A stretch of 54,313 nt of DNA. Source: Candidatus Acutalibacter pullistercoris (GTDB taxonomy: Bacteria > Bacillota > Clostridia > Oscillospirales > Acutalibacteraceae). The position numbers and the translations under genes were made by a program. Location: contig DXDU01000068.1 in the NCBI GenBank assembly GCA_019115285.1, forward strand, positions 1 through 54,313, given 5' to 3'. Shown in pieces: positions 37,474-45,501 of the stretch (its first letter is position 1; the number at the start of each line of letters is the position of its first letter). Below the pieces are notes generated by a model. That model made no database searches and had not been told where the DNA came from. It worked only from the letters and a program-made list of their open reading frames with translations.

Positions 37474-38385
37474 TTACGCCTTGGTAAACTTCTTGGCCAC
37501 AAAGGAGGACAGGGCGTTGATGCCCACCACCAGCACCAGCAGCACCACGGCGGTGGCGTAAGCGGCCTCCCGGGCCAGGCCCTCGTTTAAGAGGTTGTAC
37601 ATGTGCACCGCCAGGGTCCGGCCGGAGTCCGCCGGGTTTACGGCCACTTTGGCCACCGAGCCGGAGGTGAACATCAAAGCGGCGGTCTCGCCCACAATGC
37701 GCCCGATGCCCAGGATGATGCCAGACAGGATGCCGGGCATGGCCGAGGGCAGGATGATGCGGAACACCGTGCGCAGCTTGCCGGCCCCCAGGCCGAAGCT
37801 GCCCTCCCGGAAGGAGTCGGGCACGCTCATCAGGGCCTCCTCGGTGGTGCGCATAATCAGGGGCAGGATCATAATGGCCATAGTCAGGGCGCCGCCGATC
37901 ATGGAGTAGCCCCAGCCGAAGCTGATGACGAAGAACAGGTAGCCGAACAGGCCGTACACAATGGAGGGGATGCCGGACAGGGTCTCGGCGGTGATGCGCA
38001 CCACCCCTACCAGCTTGTTCCCCCGGCGGGCGTACTCCACCAGGTAGATGGCGGAGAAGATGCCCACCGGCACCGCCACCACCAGAGACAGCACCGTCAT
38101 AATCACCGTGTTGATGAGGGCGGGCAGCAGGGAGGCGTTCTCAGAGGTAAACTCCAGCTCGAACAGGGAGGGCTTTAAGTTTGGCAGCCCCATAATGACG
38201 ATGTAGGCCACCAGAAACAGCAGCACCGCCACGGTGAGGATGGCCGCCGCCGTCACCAGAATCCGCAGGGCTAAAGACAGGGGCGAGGCCTTATACTGCA
38301 GCATGGTCTGCCGGAAGGTGGGGGTGTTGATGGCCTGTACGGCCGCCTCCCCCTGGGTGCCGGCTTTCTTAAAAGGGTTGCTCAT
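37474..38385 (-). CDS. pstA: Phosphate ABC transporter permease PstA
   Basis: Motifs LSGIPSIVYGLFG, RTTEEAL and RIVGETAAL. Confidence 0.92.
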   Translation of the reverse strand: MSNPFKKAGTQGEAAVQAINTPTFRQTMLQYKASPLSLALRILVTAAAILTVAVLLFLVAYIVIMGLPNLKPSLFELEFTSENASLLPALINTVIMTVLSLVVAVPVGIFSAIYLVEYARRGNKLVGVVRITAETLSGIPSIVYGLFGYLFFVISFGWGYSMIGGALTMAIMILPLIMRTTEEALMSVPDSFREGSFGLGAGKLRTVFRIILPSAMPGILSGIILGIGRIVGETAALMFTSGSVAKVAVNPADSGRTLAVHMYNLLNEGLAREAAYATAVVLLVLVVGINALSSFVAKKFTKA

Positions 38386-39299
38386 GCCTGGGCCTCCTTT
38401 CTCTTCAGTACAGAGAACAGCAGGTTGATGATAAGGATGAACACGAAGAGCACCACGCCGGTGGCGATGAGGGCCTCCCGGTGCAGGCCGGTGGAGTAGC
38501 CCATCTCGGTGACGATGTTGCCCGTCAGGGTGCGCACCCCGTCTAAAATGCTGCCGGGGATGCGGGGCTGGTTGCCGGCGATCATGATCACGGCCATGGT
38601 CTCGCCGATGGCCCGGCCCACCCCCAGGATGATGCCGGCCAAGATGCCGGACTTGGCCGCGGGCACGGTGACGAAGAACACGCTGCGCTCGTGACTGGCC
38701 CCCAGGGCCAGGGCGCCCTCGTAGTAGCTGTCAGGCACGGCCCGGATAGCGCTCTCCGACACGCCGATGATGGTGGGCAGGATCATGATCCCCAGCAGGA
38801 TGGAGGCGGTGAGGATGCTTTTGCCGCTGGTGTTGGGAAAGAGCTGCTGCATCAGGGGCACGATGACCATCAGCCCGAAGAAGCCGTAGACGATGGAGGG
38901 GATGCCCGCCAGAAGGTCCACCGCGGGCTTTAAGATCTTGTAGATCCCCTTGGGGCAGAACTTGGCCATGAAGATGGCGGCCAGCAGCCCCAGGGGCACC
39001 CCCACCAGGATGGCCCCGGCGGTGACGTAGATGCTGCCCAAAATCATGGGGAAGATGCCGTACATATCGGCGTTGGGCCGCCACTCGGTGCCCAGGAGGA
39101 ACTCCACGGGCCCGATCTCAGCGATGGCGGGAATGCCGTTGGCGAACAGGTAGACGCAGATCAGGGCCACGCACAGGATGGAGATACAGGCGGCCAGCAG
39201 GAAGACGACACGCATCACCGTCTCCCGGAGATTCCCTTTCCGGTTCCCCAGCAAAGAGCTTTTCCCCTTGCTTTCCAGGCCGGAGCGATTCATATCCAT
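38382..39299 (-). CDS. pstC: Phosphate ABC transporter permease PstC
   Basis: Motifs LAGIPSIVYGFFG and GRAIGETMAV. Confidence 0.92.
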   Translation of the reverse strand: MDMNRSGLESKGKSSLLGNRKGNLRETVMRVVFLLAACISILCVALICVYLFANGIPAIAEIGPVEFLLGTEWRPNADMYGIFPMILGSIYVTAGAILVGVPLGLLAAIFMAKFCPKGIYKILKPAVDLLAGIPSIVYGFFGLMVIVPLMQQLFPNTSGKSILTASILLGIMILPTIIGVSESAIRAVPDSYYEGALALGASHERSVFFVTVPAAKSGILAGIILGVGRAIGETMAVIMIAGNQPRIPGSILDGVRTLTGNIVTEMGYSTGLHREALIATGVVLFVFILIINLLFSVLKRKEAQA

Positions 39300-39330
39300 T
39301 TCCGTATTGATTCCTCCTCAGTTCTGATAG

Positions 39331-39361
39331 AAAAAGGGCCGGCGCTGCGGCAGGCCCTTTC
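39331..39361 (-). terminator. Stem-loop between pstS and pstC (partial terminator or mRNA stabiliser)
   Basis: AAAGGGCC..GGCCCTTT stem with a T-run on the minus strand. Confidence 0.55.
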
Positions 39362-39381
39362 CCATTGACAGGTATGTTCTC

Positions 39382-40350
39382 TTAGGCCACTTCGCTCCAG
39401 TCGGTGACGTTGCCCAGGTAGATCTCCTTCACCTGCTCGGTGGTCAGGTCTTCGATGGGAGACTCGTTGTTCACGATGATGGCGATGCCGTCGGTGGCGA
39501 TGACGGTGTTCACAAGGCCAGCGTCCAGCTCTTCCTGCTTCAGCTCGCGGGAGGCCATGCCGATGTCGCTCATGCCGTTGATGGCGTCGGTCATACCGGT
39601 GGTGGAGTCAGAGGTCTGCAGCTCGATCTCCACGTTGGGGTTCACAGCGTTGTAGCCCTCGATGAGCTTCTGCATCAGGGGGGAGACAGAGGAGGAACCG
39701 GAGATGGTGACGGAGCCGGAGGCGCCGTTGCTCTCAAAGGCTTCCACGTCGGCCACGGGGATGTAATCCTCGGCCACAATGGCCTGGCCCTCTTCGCTCA
39801 TGATGTAGTTCATGAAGTCCTGGGCGGCCTCATTGGTCAGCTCGCCCTTGGTGGCCACGTTGAAGGGACGGGACACGGTGTAGCTGCCGTTCTCGATGTT
39901 CTCGGCGGTGGGCTCCACCCCGTCGATCTTCACGCCCTTTACGGTGTCGTCCAGAGAGCCCAGGGAGATGTACCCGATGGCCCCGGTGTTGCCAGCCACG
40001 GACTGGATCACAACCTCGGTGGAGTTGGAGATCTCAGCGTCCACGGTGGTCATATCGTTGCCCTCTTCATCCTCCACGCCGATGAGCTCCACAAAGGCGC
40101 CCCGGGTGCCGGAACCGTCCTCACGGGAGACCACGGTGATGGGGCCGGAAGCGGCGCCGCCCTCGGTGGATTCCTCAGAGGACTCGGCCTCGCTGGACTC
40201 CTCGGAAGCCTCGGAAGAGGTCTCGCTGGAAGAGGTGGAGGTGGAGGTGGAAGTGCTGCTTTCGGAAGAACTGCTCTCGGTCTCTCCGCAGGCGGCGAAC
40301 ACGGACACGCACAGCAGAGCGGCCATCAGAATGGAAATCGCTTTTTTCAT
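39382..40350 (-). CDS. pstS: Phosphate ABC transporter substrate-binding lipoprotein
   Basis: Lipobox FAAC; Ser/Thr/Glu-rich linker; motifs SREDGSGTRGAF, GSSSV and DIGMASRELK. Confidence 0.9.
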   Translation of the reverse strand: MKKAISILMAALLCVSVFAACGETESSSSESSTSTSTSTSSSETSSEASEESSEAESSEESTEGGAASGPITVVSREDGSGTRGAFVELIGVEDEEGNDMTTVDAEISNSTEVVIQSVAGNTGAIGYISLGSLDDTVKGVKIDGVEPTAENIENGSYTVSRPFNVATKGELTNEAAQDFMNYIMSEEGQAIVAEDYIPVADVEAFESNGASGSVTISGSSSVSPLMQKLIEGYNAVNPNVEIELQTSDSTTGMTDAINGMSDIGMASRELKQEELDAGLVNTVIATDGIAIIVNNESPIEDLTTEQVKEIYLGNVTDWSEVA

Positions 40351-40425
40351 AGCTTGTCTTGACCTTCCTTTGCGTTGGTTTCAAAAGATTTTTCTCAACT
40401 TGCAGGGCCTAGTTTACGGCCCCAT

Positions 40426-40465
40426 TGTAAAATGTAAAACCCGGGGTTTGTTAAATCTGGGTAAA
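40426..40465 (-). promoter_or_regulatory. Putative Pho-box-like direct repeats upstream of pstS
   Basis: Minus-strand TTTACC and TTAACA are 11 bp apart (40460-40465, 40449-40454), followed by two TTTACA (40433-40438, 40426-40431). They resemble the Bacillota TT(A/T/C)ACA PhoP box. Confidence 0.5.
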
Positions 40466-40554
40466 TGATTTTACAAACCAATTCCCCAATTGTAAAATCG
40501 CACGAAACACACAAAGAACCGGGAGACAGGTTGTACTCTTTGCCCAACGAGCGA

Positions 40555-41505
40555 TTGCACCCGCCGGGTCCGTAACCGGACGGGGCGAAAAAATCCCTAT
40601 CCGTTCGCTTCGCTCACGCACCGGGGCTTTCGGGGAGCGGTCATCCACGCCAAAGCAAGAGTTGGAAAGCTCATCCTTAAAATCCCGGAACGCCCTTTGT
40701 GGAGGGATTTTCCTGGCCTGCGGTGCCAACCGCCCCACCCCCCTGCCCCCTCCCGCGCCCAAACCACGGTGAAAGCTGTTCCCTCGCTGGTGCGGGAGGG
40801 GGATTTTAATTTTATTATTTAATAGGATTTTCAAGGGGGCGTTGCCCCCTTGAACCCCCACGGTAGATAGCTTCCTCTGACGGAGAAAACTTTGTATCGT
40901 GGGGGGGTATCAAAGGGGGGAGACGAATGTCTCCCCCCTTTGACAACCCCCTTTAAGGGATGCCCCCTCAGTCACGACTACGTCGTGCCAGCTCCCCCAT
41001 AGGGGGAGCCGAGTCTTACCCCCCATGGGGCGCAGGCGCCAGGTGGGCACCGCTCTGGGCCGACCGAACCGGCAGAGAAGACAGTGTCATCGCTTGAAGC
41101 ATTGACGGAAAGGAAGCACTTAAAAGGGGTTCAAGGGGACGAAGTCCCCTTGGAAATCCTATTAAAATATTAAAAGAGAATCCCCCCTCCCGCGCCACCG
41201 AGGCAACATATACCTCAATGGTATGGGCGCGGGAGGGGGCAGGGGGTGGGCTGAAGCCAACCAGAACAACGTGGCAGGCGAGAGGGGGCGGGTGCCATAA
41301 AGCTTTCCCGGCAGGCGAGGCGGCGGCCCTCCAGCGCAGAAGCTGGCAACAAGAAAGAGGGCCGGAGCATTGTTTACAGCCCTGCGGGCTGGTATGACAA
41401 TGCTCCTACCCTCTTTCGTCGCGGCTGCGCCGCTCTTTAAGGTCGCGAGACTCTGTCTCGCGCTCTGCAAGCTTTTTGAAAAAAGCTTGACCAAAAACTT
41501 TTCGT
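40555..41505. repeat. Intergenic mosaic repeat island 7
   Basis: TIR-bounded unit 40734-41250 with internal module G (40964-41010); AAAATCCC hairpins; module H at 41423-41501. Confidence 0.9.
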
Positions 41506-41522
41506 TCCGCGCTGCTGCGGCC

Positions 41523-42170
41523 TTATCCGCGCCACAGCCCTGTGCTGATCAGGTACAGCGCCCCCCAGTACAGGGCCATAATGGGCTTCTGCCATTTGTC
41601 GGGCCAGCGGGAGAGCTGGTTCTTCGCCACCAGCATGTCGGAGATATAGAATAATAGGCACCCTAGGGCCACAGGCCACAGGGCCTTCCCCGCCAGGAAG
41701 GGCAGGGGCAGGGCCAATGCCAGGCTGCCCCCCAGCAGGGCCGGGTACAGCAGGAAGGGTACGGTGAGCTTCCCCAGGGTGGGCAGCTCTTTTCGGAACA
41801 GCACGGCGGTGAGGACGTACACCCCCACCCACCGCCCTAGGCTCCACCAGGTGGGGGAGCTCAGGCCCCACAGCCAGAGGATCAGGCACACATGGGCCGC
41901 CCCGAACACCAGCATCCCCGGGACGAAGCTGATCTCCAGCAGGGCGTCGGCGGCGGTGCACAGCAAGAAGAACCAGAACACCACCTGGGAAAAGGGGTTC
42001 TCCCCGGCAAGGTGCAGGGCAAGCCCGGCACTGCCCACCGCCAGAAAGCTCCCGGCGCACTTGGCGATGAGGCTCTGCCGCTCCCGGCCGGCGGAGCGAA
42101 GGAAAAAGTACAGGGCGAACTGGGCCGCCCACAAGGGCAGCGCCACCAGAGAATACGCCAGCAGTGTCAT
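41523..42170 (-). CDS. YhhN / lysoplasmalogenase-like membrane protein
   Basis: Motifs ADALL, GMLVFGAAHVC and GCLLFYISDMLVA; multiple TM segments. Confidence 0.8.
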   Translation of the reverse strand: MTLLAYSLVALPLWAAQFALYFFLRSAGRERQSLIAKCAGSFLAVGSAGLALHLAGENPFSQVVFWFFLLCTAADALLEISFVPGMLVFGAAHVCLILWLWGLSSPTWWSLGRWVGVYVLTAVLFRKELPTLGKLTVPFLLYPALLGGSLALALPLPFLAGKALWPVALGCLLFYISDMLVAKNQLSRWPDKWQKPIMALYWGALYLISTGLWRG

Positions 42171-42309
42171 ACCACCGCCTCCTTTCTCACTCTATTCTAG
42201 CAGGGAGCGCCCCCCGGCGCAACAGCGCCTTGCGTTTTTCTTTTTCTTTCGCTATGCTTTGTAACAAAGGGGGACTTTCCCAGTCTTACAGGTGAAAAGG
42301 GGTGAGGGC

Positions 42310-42786
42310 ATGAAGGGATTCGACCAGATCTACGCCGAGTATTACGACGCGGTGTACGGCTACTGCCTGCGGCTGACCCGGGACCCTCACCTGGCGGAGG
42401 AGGTGTGCCAGGAGGCGTTTTTCAAGGCGCTGAAGGCCATCGACTCCTTCCACGGCGAGTGCAAGCTCAGCGTGTGGCTGTGCCAGATCGCCAAGAACAC
42501 CTGGTTTACCCTGCAGAAGAAGCGCCGCCGCACCCAGGCCCCGCCCCCGGACGAGGCCTGGCCCGACCCCGCCGATCTGGAGGAGCGCTTCGAGGACAAG
42601 GACACCGCCCTGCGGATCCACCAGGCGCTGCACCAGCTGCCCGACCCCTACCGGGAGGTGTTCTGGCTGCGGGCCTTTGGGGAGCTGAGCTTCGCCCAGA
42701 TCGCCGCCCTGTTCGAAAAAACCGAGAGCTGGGCCCGGGTCACCTACCACCGGGCGCGGCTGAAGCTGAAGGAGGAATTGGAATGA
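42310..42786 (+). CDS. ECF RNA polymerase sigma factor
   Basis: Region 2 AEEVCQEAFFKA..WLCQIAKN and region 4 LPDPYREVFWLR..ELSFAQIA..VTYHRAR. Confidence 0.9.
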   Translation: MKGFDQIYAEYYDAVYGYCLRLTRDPHLAEEVCQEAFFKALKAIDSFHGECKLSVWLCQIAKNTWFTLQKKRRRTQAPPPDEAWPDPADLEERFEDKDTALRIHQALHQLPDPYREVFWLRAFGELSFAQIAALFEKTESWARVTYHRARLKLKEELE

Positions 42787-43634
42787 AAGTCACCTGTAAG
42801 GTCATCCAAGACCTGCTACCCCTGTATGTGGACGGGGTGTGCTCCCCCGACACCGCCGCCCTGGTGGAGGAGCACCTGAAAGACTGCGCCCCCTGCCAGG
42901 AGGCCTACCACGCCCTGAAGGAGGCGCCCTCCCCTTCCCCTGCTCACGATACTACCCTCCCAAAAAAGGAAACGAAAATCGTGGAAGGGTTCAAACAAGT
43001 CAGGAGGACACTGCGAAAAAAGTGGGTGAAAATCGCGGCCTTGGCTGTGGCGGCCACCTTGGTGGTCACAATAGGGCTGGCGTTTTTCGCCAACACCTAC
43101 CGGATTGTCCCCAAGGCAGAGGAAATCCTCCAAGGGGTTTCTGTGGAGGACGGCCTGCTCACCGTCAATTTGGAGACCCCCTTCTTCCTGTCCCCTATGA
43201 CCTTGCTTACCCCCAGCACCACCCAGGCCCCGGGCGGGGGTGAATCCATCCTGCTGATCACCACCTCCTACACCCCCAGCGATTGGATCAACAACTGGTT
43301 TCATGTAACAGTCGGCCAGCACACCGGCCCTGAGGGCGGCTCCCCCTGGGACCTGACCTACACCCTCACGGAGGAGGCGTGGAACGACAAGTTTGGGGAA
43401 GAAGCCGCCCAGGCGAAAGCTCAGCTCCGGGCGAACGGTTTCACCGAGGATGAGATCAAATTCTTTGGCCGGAGTGTAGAGCAGGAACTCCCCCACGGGG
43501 ATATTCAAAAGGTGTACTACTACGACGTCGCGTCCCCTCGCGTTTGGGATTCCAACGAGGATGCCCAGCAGGCCCTTGCGGAACACGGCACCCTCCTGTG
43601 GACCGCGGAGGACGGGGTGGTGTACCAGCCGTAA
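42783..43634 (+). CDS. zf-HC2 anti-sigma factor with TM and extracytoplasmic domain
   Basis: CKVIQDLLPLYVDG..HLKDCAPC (HxxxCxxC); TM IAALAVAATLVVTIGLAFF; ATGA overlap with the sigma gene stop. Confidence 0.88.
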   Translation: MKVTCKVIQDLLPLYVDGVCSPDTAALVEEHLKDCAPCQEAYHALKEAPSPSPAHDTTLPKKETKIVEGFKQVRRTLRKKWVKIAALAVAATLVVTIGLAFFANTYRIVPKAEEILQGVSVEDGLLTVNLETPFFLSPMTLLTPSTTQAPGGGESILLITTSYTPSDWINNWFHVTVGQHTGPEGGSPWDLTYTLTEEAWNDKFGEEAAQAKAQLRANGFTEDEIKFFGRSVEQELPHGDIQKVYYYDVASPRVWDSNEDAQQALAEHGTLLWTAEDGVVYQP

Positions 43635-43639
43635 GCCTG

Positions 43640-43705
43640 TGGCCGGGGCGCGTGCCCGCGCGGGGCAATAAAATCCCTCTGCGCTCCGCGCTCCGGGATT
43701 TTAGG
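43640..43705. repeat. Single AAAATCCC..GGGATTTT repeat module
   Basis: GGCGCGTGCCCGCGCGGGGCAATAAAATCCC...GGGATTTT matches 21783-21830 and, inverted, 4039-4095. Confidence 0.8.
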
Positions 43706-43730
43706 AGCGTATAAGTCAATCGTCCTCCAA

Positions 43731-43772
43731 GAAAGAAGCCCTCAGGCTATGCGCTGCCTGGGGGCTTCTTCT
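43731..43772 (+). terminator. Hairpin, probable terminator of the sigma/anti-sigma operon
   Basis: AAGAAGCCCTCAGGC..GCCTGGGGGCTTCTT. Confidence 0.55.
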
Positions 43773-43773
43773 G

Positions 43774-43802
43774 TTGCAAGATGGCGTTTTTTCTGCTAGA
43801 GT
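43774..43802 (+). promoter_or_regulatory. Putative promoter of the small toxin-like gene
   Basis: TTGCAA-17 bp-TAGAGT with extended -10 TG. Confidence 0.55.
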
Positions 43803-43935
43803 GGGCTTGCGGGGACATCCCCGTGAGAGTCTGCCAGAAAAAAACGGTAGGCGGCTGGTCTTCCCCAGGAAGACTGAACTTCCTGTTACGATACCCCTGC
43901 TTTGACAGGAGAGCACGTAGGAGGGAGTGATACTG

Positions 43936-44025
43936 ATGAGCGAGTTTGAGATGCTCACCTTGGTGGTGGCCCTTTTGGGCCTGTTCACCACTTGGGTCAT
44001 TGCACTCCTAAACGCGAAAAAGTAG
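43936..44025 (+). CDS. Putative type I toxin (29-aa single-TM, holin-like peptide MSEFEMLTLVVALLGLFTTWVIALLNAKK)
   Basis: Strong RBS AGGAGGGAG; acidic N-terminus, hydrophobic core and C-terminal KK. Too short for the ORF track. Confidence 0.75.
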   Translation: MSEFEMLTLVVALLGLFTTWVIALLNAKK

Positions 44026-44107
44026 CCGCCCCGGTCAAGGAAACGGCTACTTTTCTAAAAGTAACTTAACCTAGGCCAGCCGTCTTACCGGCAGGCTCTC
44101 TTTTTCT
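44017..44107 (-). ncRNA. Putative antisense antitoxin RNA (~90 nt)
   Basis: Consensus promoter upstream on the minus strand. Ends at hairpin AAAAGTAGCCG/CGGCTACTTTT (44018-44054). Overlaps the toxin stop codon and 3' UTR. Confidence 0.65.
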
Positions 44108-44113
44108 GTCTTT

Positions 44114-44142
44114 ATTATACCGCGGCCAGGCGGAGATGTCAA
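44114..44142 (-). promoter_or_regulatory. Consensus sigma-A promoter of the antisense RNA
   Basis: TTGACA-17 bp-TATAAT (rc of 44137-44142 and 44114-44119), with no convincing protein gene downstream on that strand. Confidence 0.75.
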
Positions 44143-45473
44143 CCGCCCATCTTGTAGAGCTTCACCCCGTAACCGGGCAGTTCCACGGTGCCGTGCAGGT
44201 CGGTCTTCTCCCCGGTGAGCAGTTCCACCGCCGGGCCGTGGTAGGCGCAGTCCATTTGGCAGGGGTTCTCCTCGGCGTTCACCGCCGCGATTACCGTCTG
44301 CTGGGAGTTCTGCCGCACAAAGATCCACTGCTTGTTCTTCAGGTTCAGGTTCTGGAAGTCCCCGTCCCACAGGGCAGGGCAGCTTTCCTTCACCTGGGCG
44401 AGCTTCCCCAAAAACCGGGTGAGCTCCGTCTCCTGGGGCGCCTCAAAGCAGGGGCGCAAAGCGTCGTCCCCCTGGTGCTTGTCCCCTTTGGCGCCCCACT
44501 CGCTGCCGTAGTACAGGCAGGGGATGCCCGGCATGCAGTACAGCACGGCGTACAGGGCGGGCAGCTGCTTCTCGTCGGTGAGGATGCTGGCCACCCGGCT
44601 CACGTCGTGGTTGTCGGCGAAGTTAAACAGGTGCTGGCCCTTGTAGAGGGTCCAGGGCTCGGGGCCGAACTGCCGGGCCAGGGAGTGGCCGATCTCAAAC
44701 AGATTGAGAGAGTTGAAGGCGGAGTAGAGCCCCTTGTAGCACTCGTAATTGGTGACGCTGTCCAGCATCTCCGGGTTCATGATGCGCTTGTAGTCCCCGT
44801 GGATCATCTCCCCCACCAGGAAGAAGCCGGGCTCCCGGCCCTTGCAGAAGCTTCTGAGCCTGCGCAGGAAGTCCTCGTCTAAGGAGTAGGCCACGTCCAG
44901 CCGCAGCCCGTCGATCTGGAACTCGTCCATCCAGAAGCCCACGCAGTCCAGGAGGTAGTCCACCACCGCGGGGTTTTTCAGGTTCAGCTTCACCAGCTCG
45001 AAGTGGCCCTCCCAGCCCTCGTACCACAGGCCGTCGTTGTAGCTGCTGTTGCCGCCGAAGTTCAGATAGAACCAGTCTTTATAGGGGGAGGCCTCCCGGT
45101 TTTTCAGCACGTCCTGAAAGGCCCAGAAGCCCCGGCCCACGTGGTTGAACACCCCGTCCAGCACCACCCGGATGCCCTCCTGGTGCAGGGCGCCGCAGAC
45201 CTCTTGGAACTCCTCATTGGAGCCCAGGCGGCAGTCGATCTTCCGGAAGTCCCGGGTGTCGTAGCCGTGGCGGTCCGAGTCGAACACCGGGCAGAAGTAC
45301 ACGGCCCCCACCCCCAGCTTCTTCAGGTGGGGGATCCACTCCTTCACCTTCTGGATGCGGTTCACGGCGGCCCCGTCGTTTTCCAGGGGCGCCCCGCAGA
45401 AGCCCAGGGGGTAGATCTGATAAAACACGGTCTCGTTCTGCCAGCCAGGCTGGCGCAGCGTTTGCAGGTCCAT
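44139..45473 (-). CDS. GH13 alpha-amylase family glycosidase (neopullulanase/cyclomaltodextrinase-like)
   Basis: Motifs FYQIYP, HGYDT, VLDGVFNH, DGLRLDVA, GEMIHG, NFADNHD and PGIPCLYYGSE. Confidence 0.9.
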   Translation of the reverse strand: MDLQTLRQPGWQNETVFYQIYPLGFCGAPLENDGAAVNRIQKVKEWIPHLKKLGVGAVYFCPVFDSDRHGYDTRDFRKIDCRLGSNEEFQEVCGALHQEGIRVVLDGVFNHVGRGFWAFQDVLKNREASPYKDWFYLNFGGNSSYNDGLWYEGWEGHFELVKLNLKNPAVVDYLLDCVGFWMDEFQIDGLRLDVAYSLDEDFLRRLRSFCKGREPGFFLVGEMIHGDYKRIMNPEMLDSVTNYECYKGLYSAFNSLNLFEIGHSLARQFGPEPWTLYKGQHLFNFADNHDVSRVASILTDEKQLPALYAVLYCMPGIPCLYYGSEWGAKGDKHQGDDALRPCFEAPQETELTRFLGKLAQVKESCPALWDGDFQNLNLKNKQWIFVRQNSQQTVIAAVNAEENPCQMDCAYHGPAVELLTGEKTDLHGTVELPGYGVKLYKMGG

Positions 45474-45501
45474 ACAAAGTTCCTCCTTTGCTGTGCAGCC
45501 C

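Noticed and set aside
40160-40280. Low-complexity GGAAGA/GGTGGA repeats
   Set aside because: They encode the Ser/Thr/Glu-rich linker of the PstS lipoprotein, which is ordinary.
43716-44000. 94-aa minus-strand ORF
   Set aside because: It has no clear RBS or motifs and is antisense to the better-supported 29-aa toxin-like ORF and its leader.
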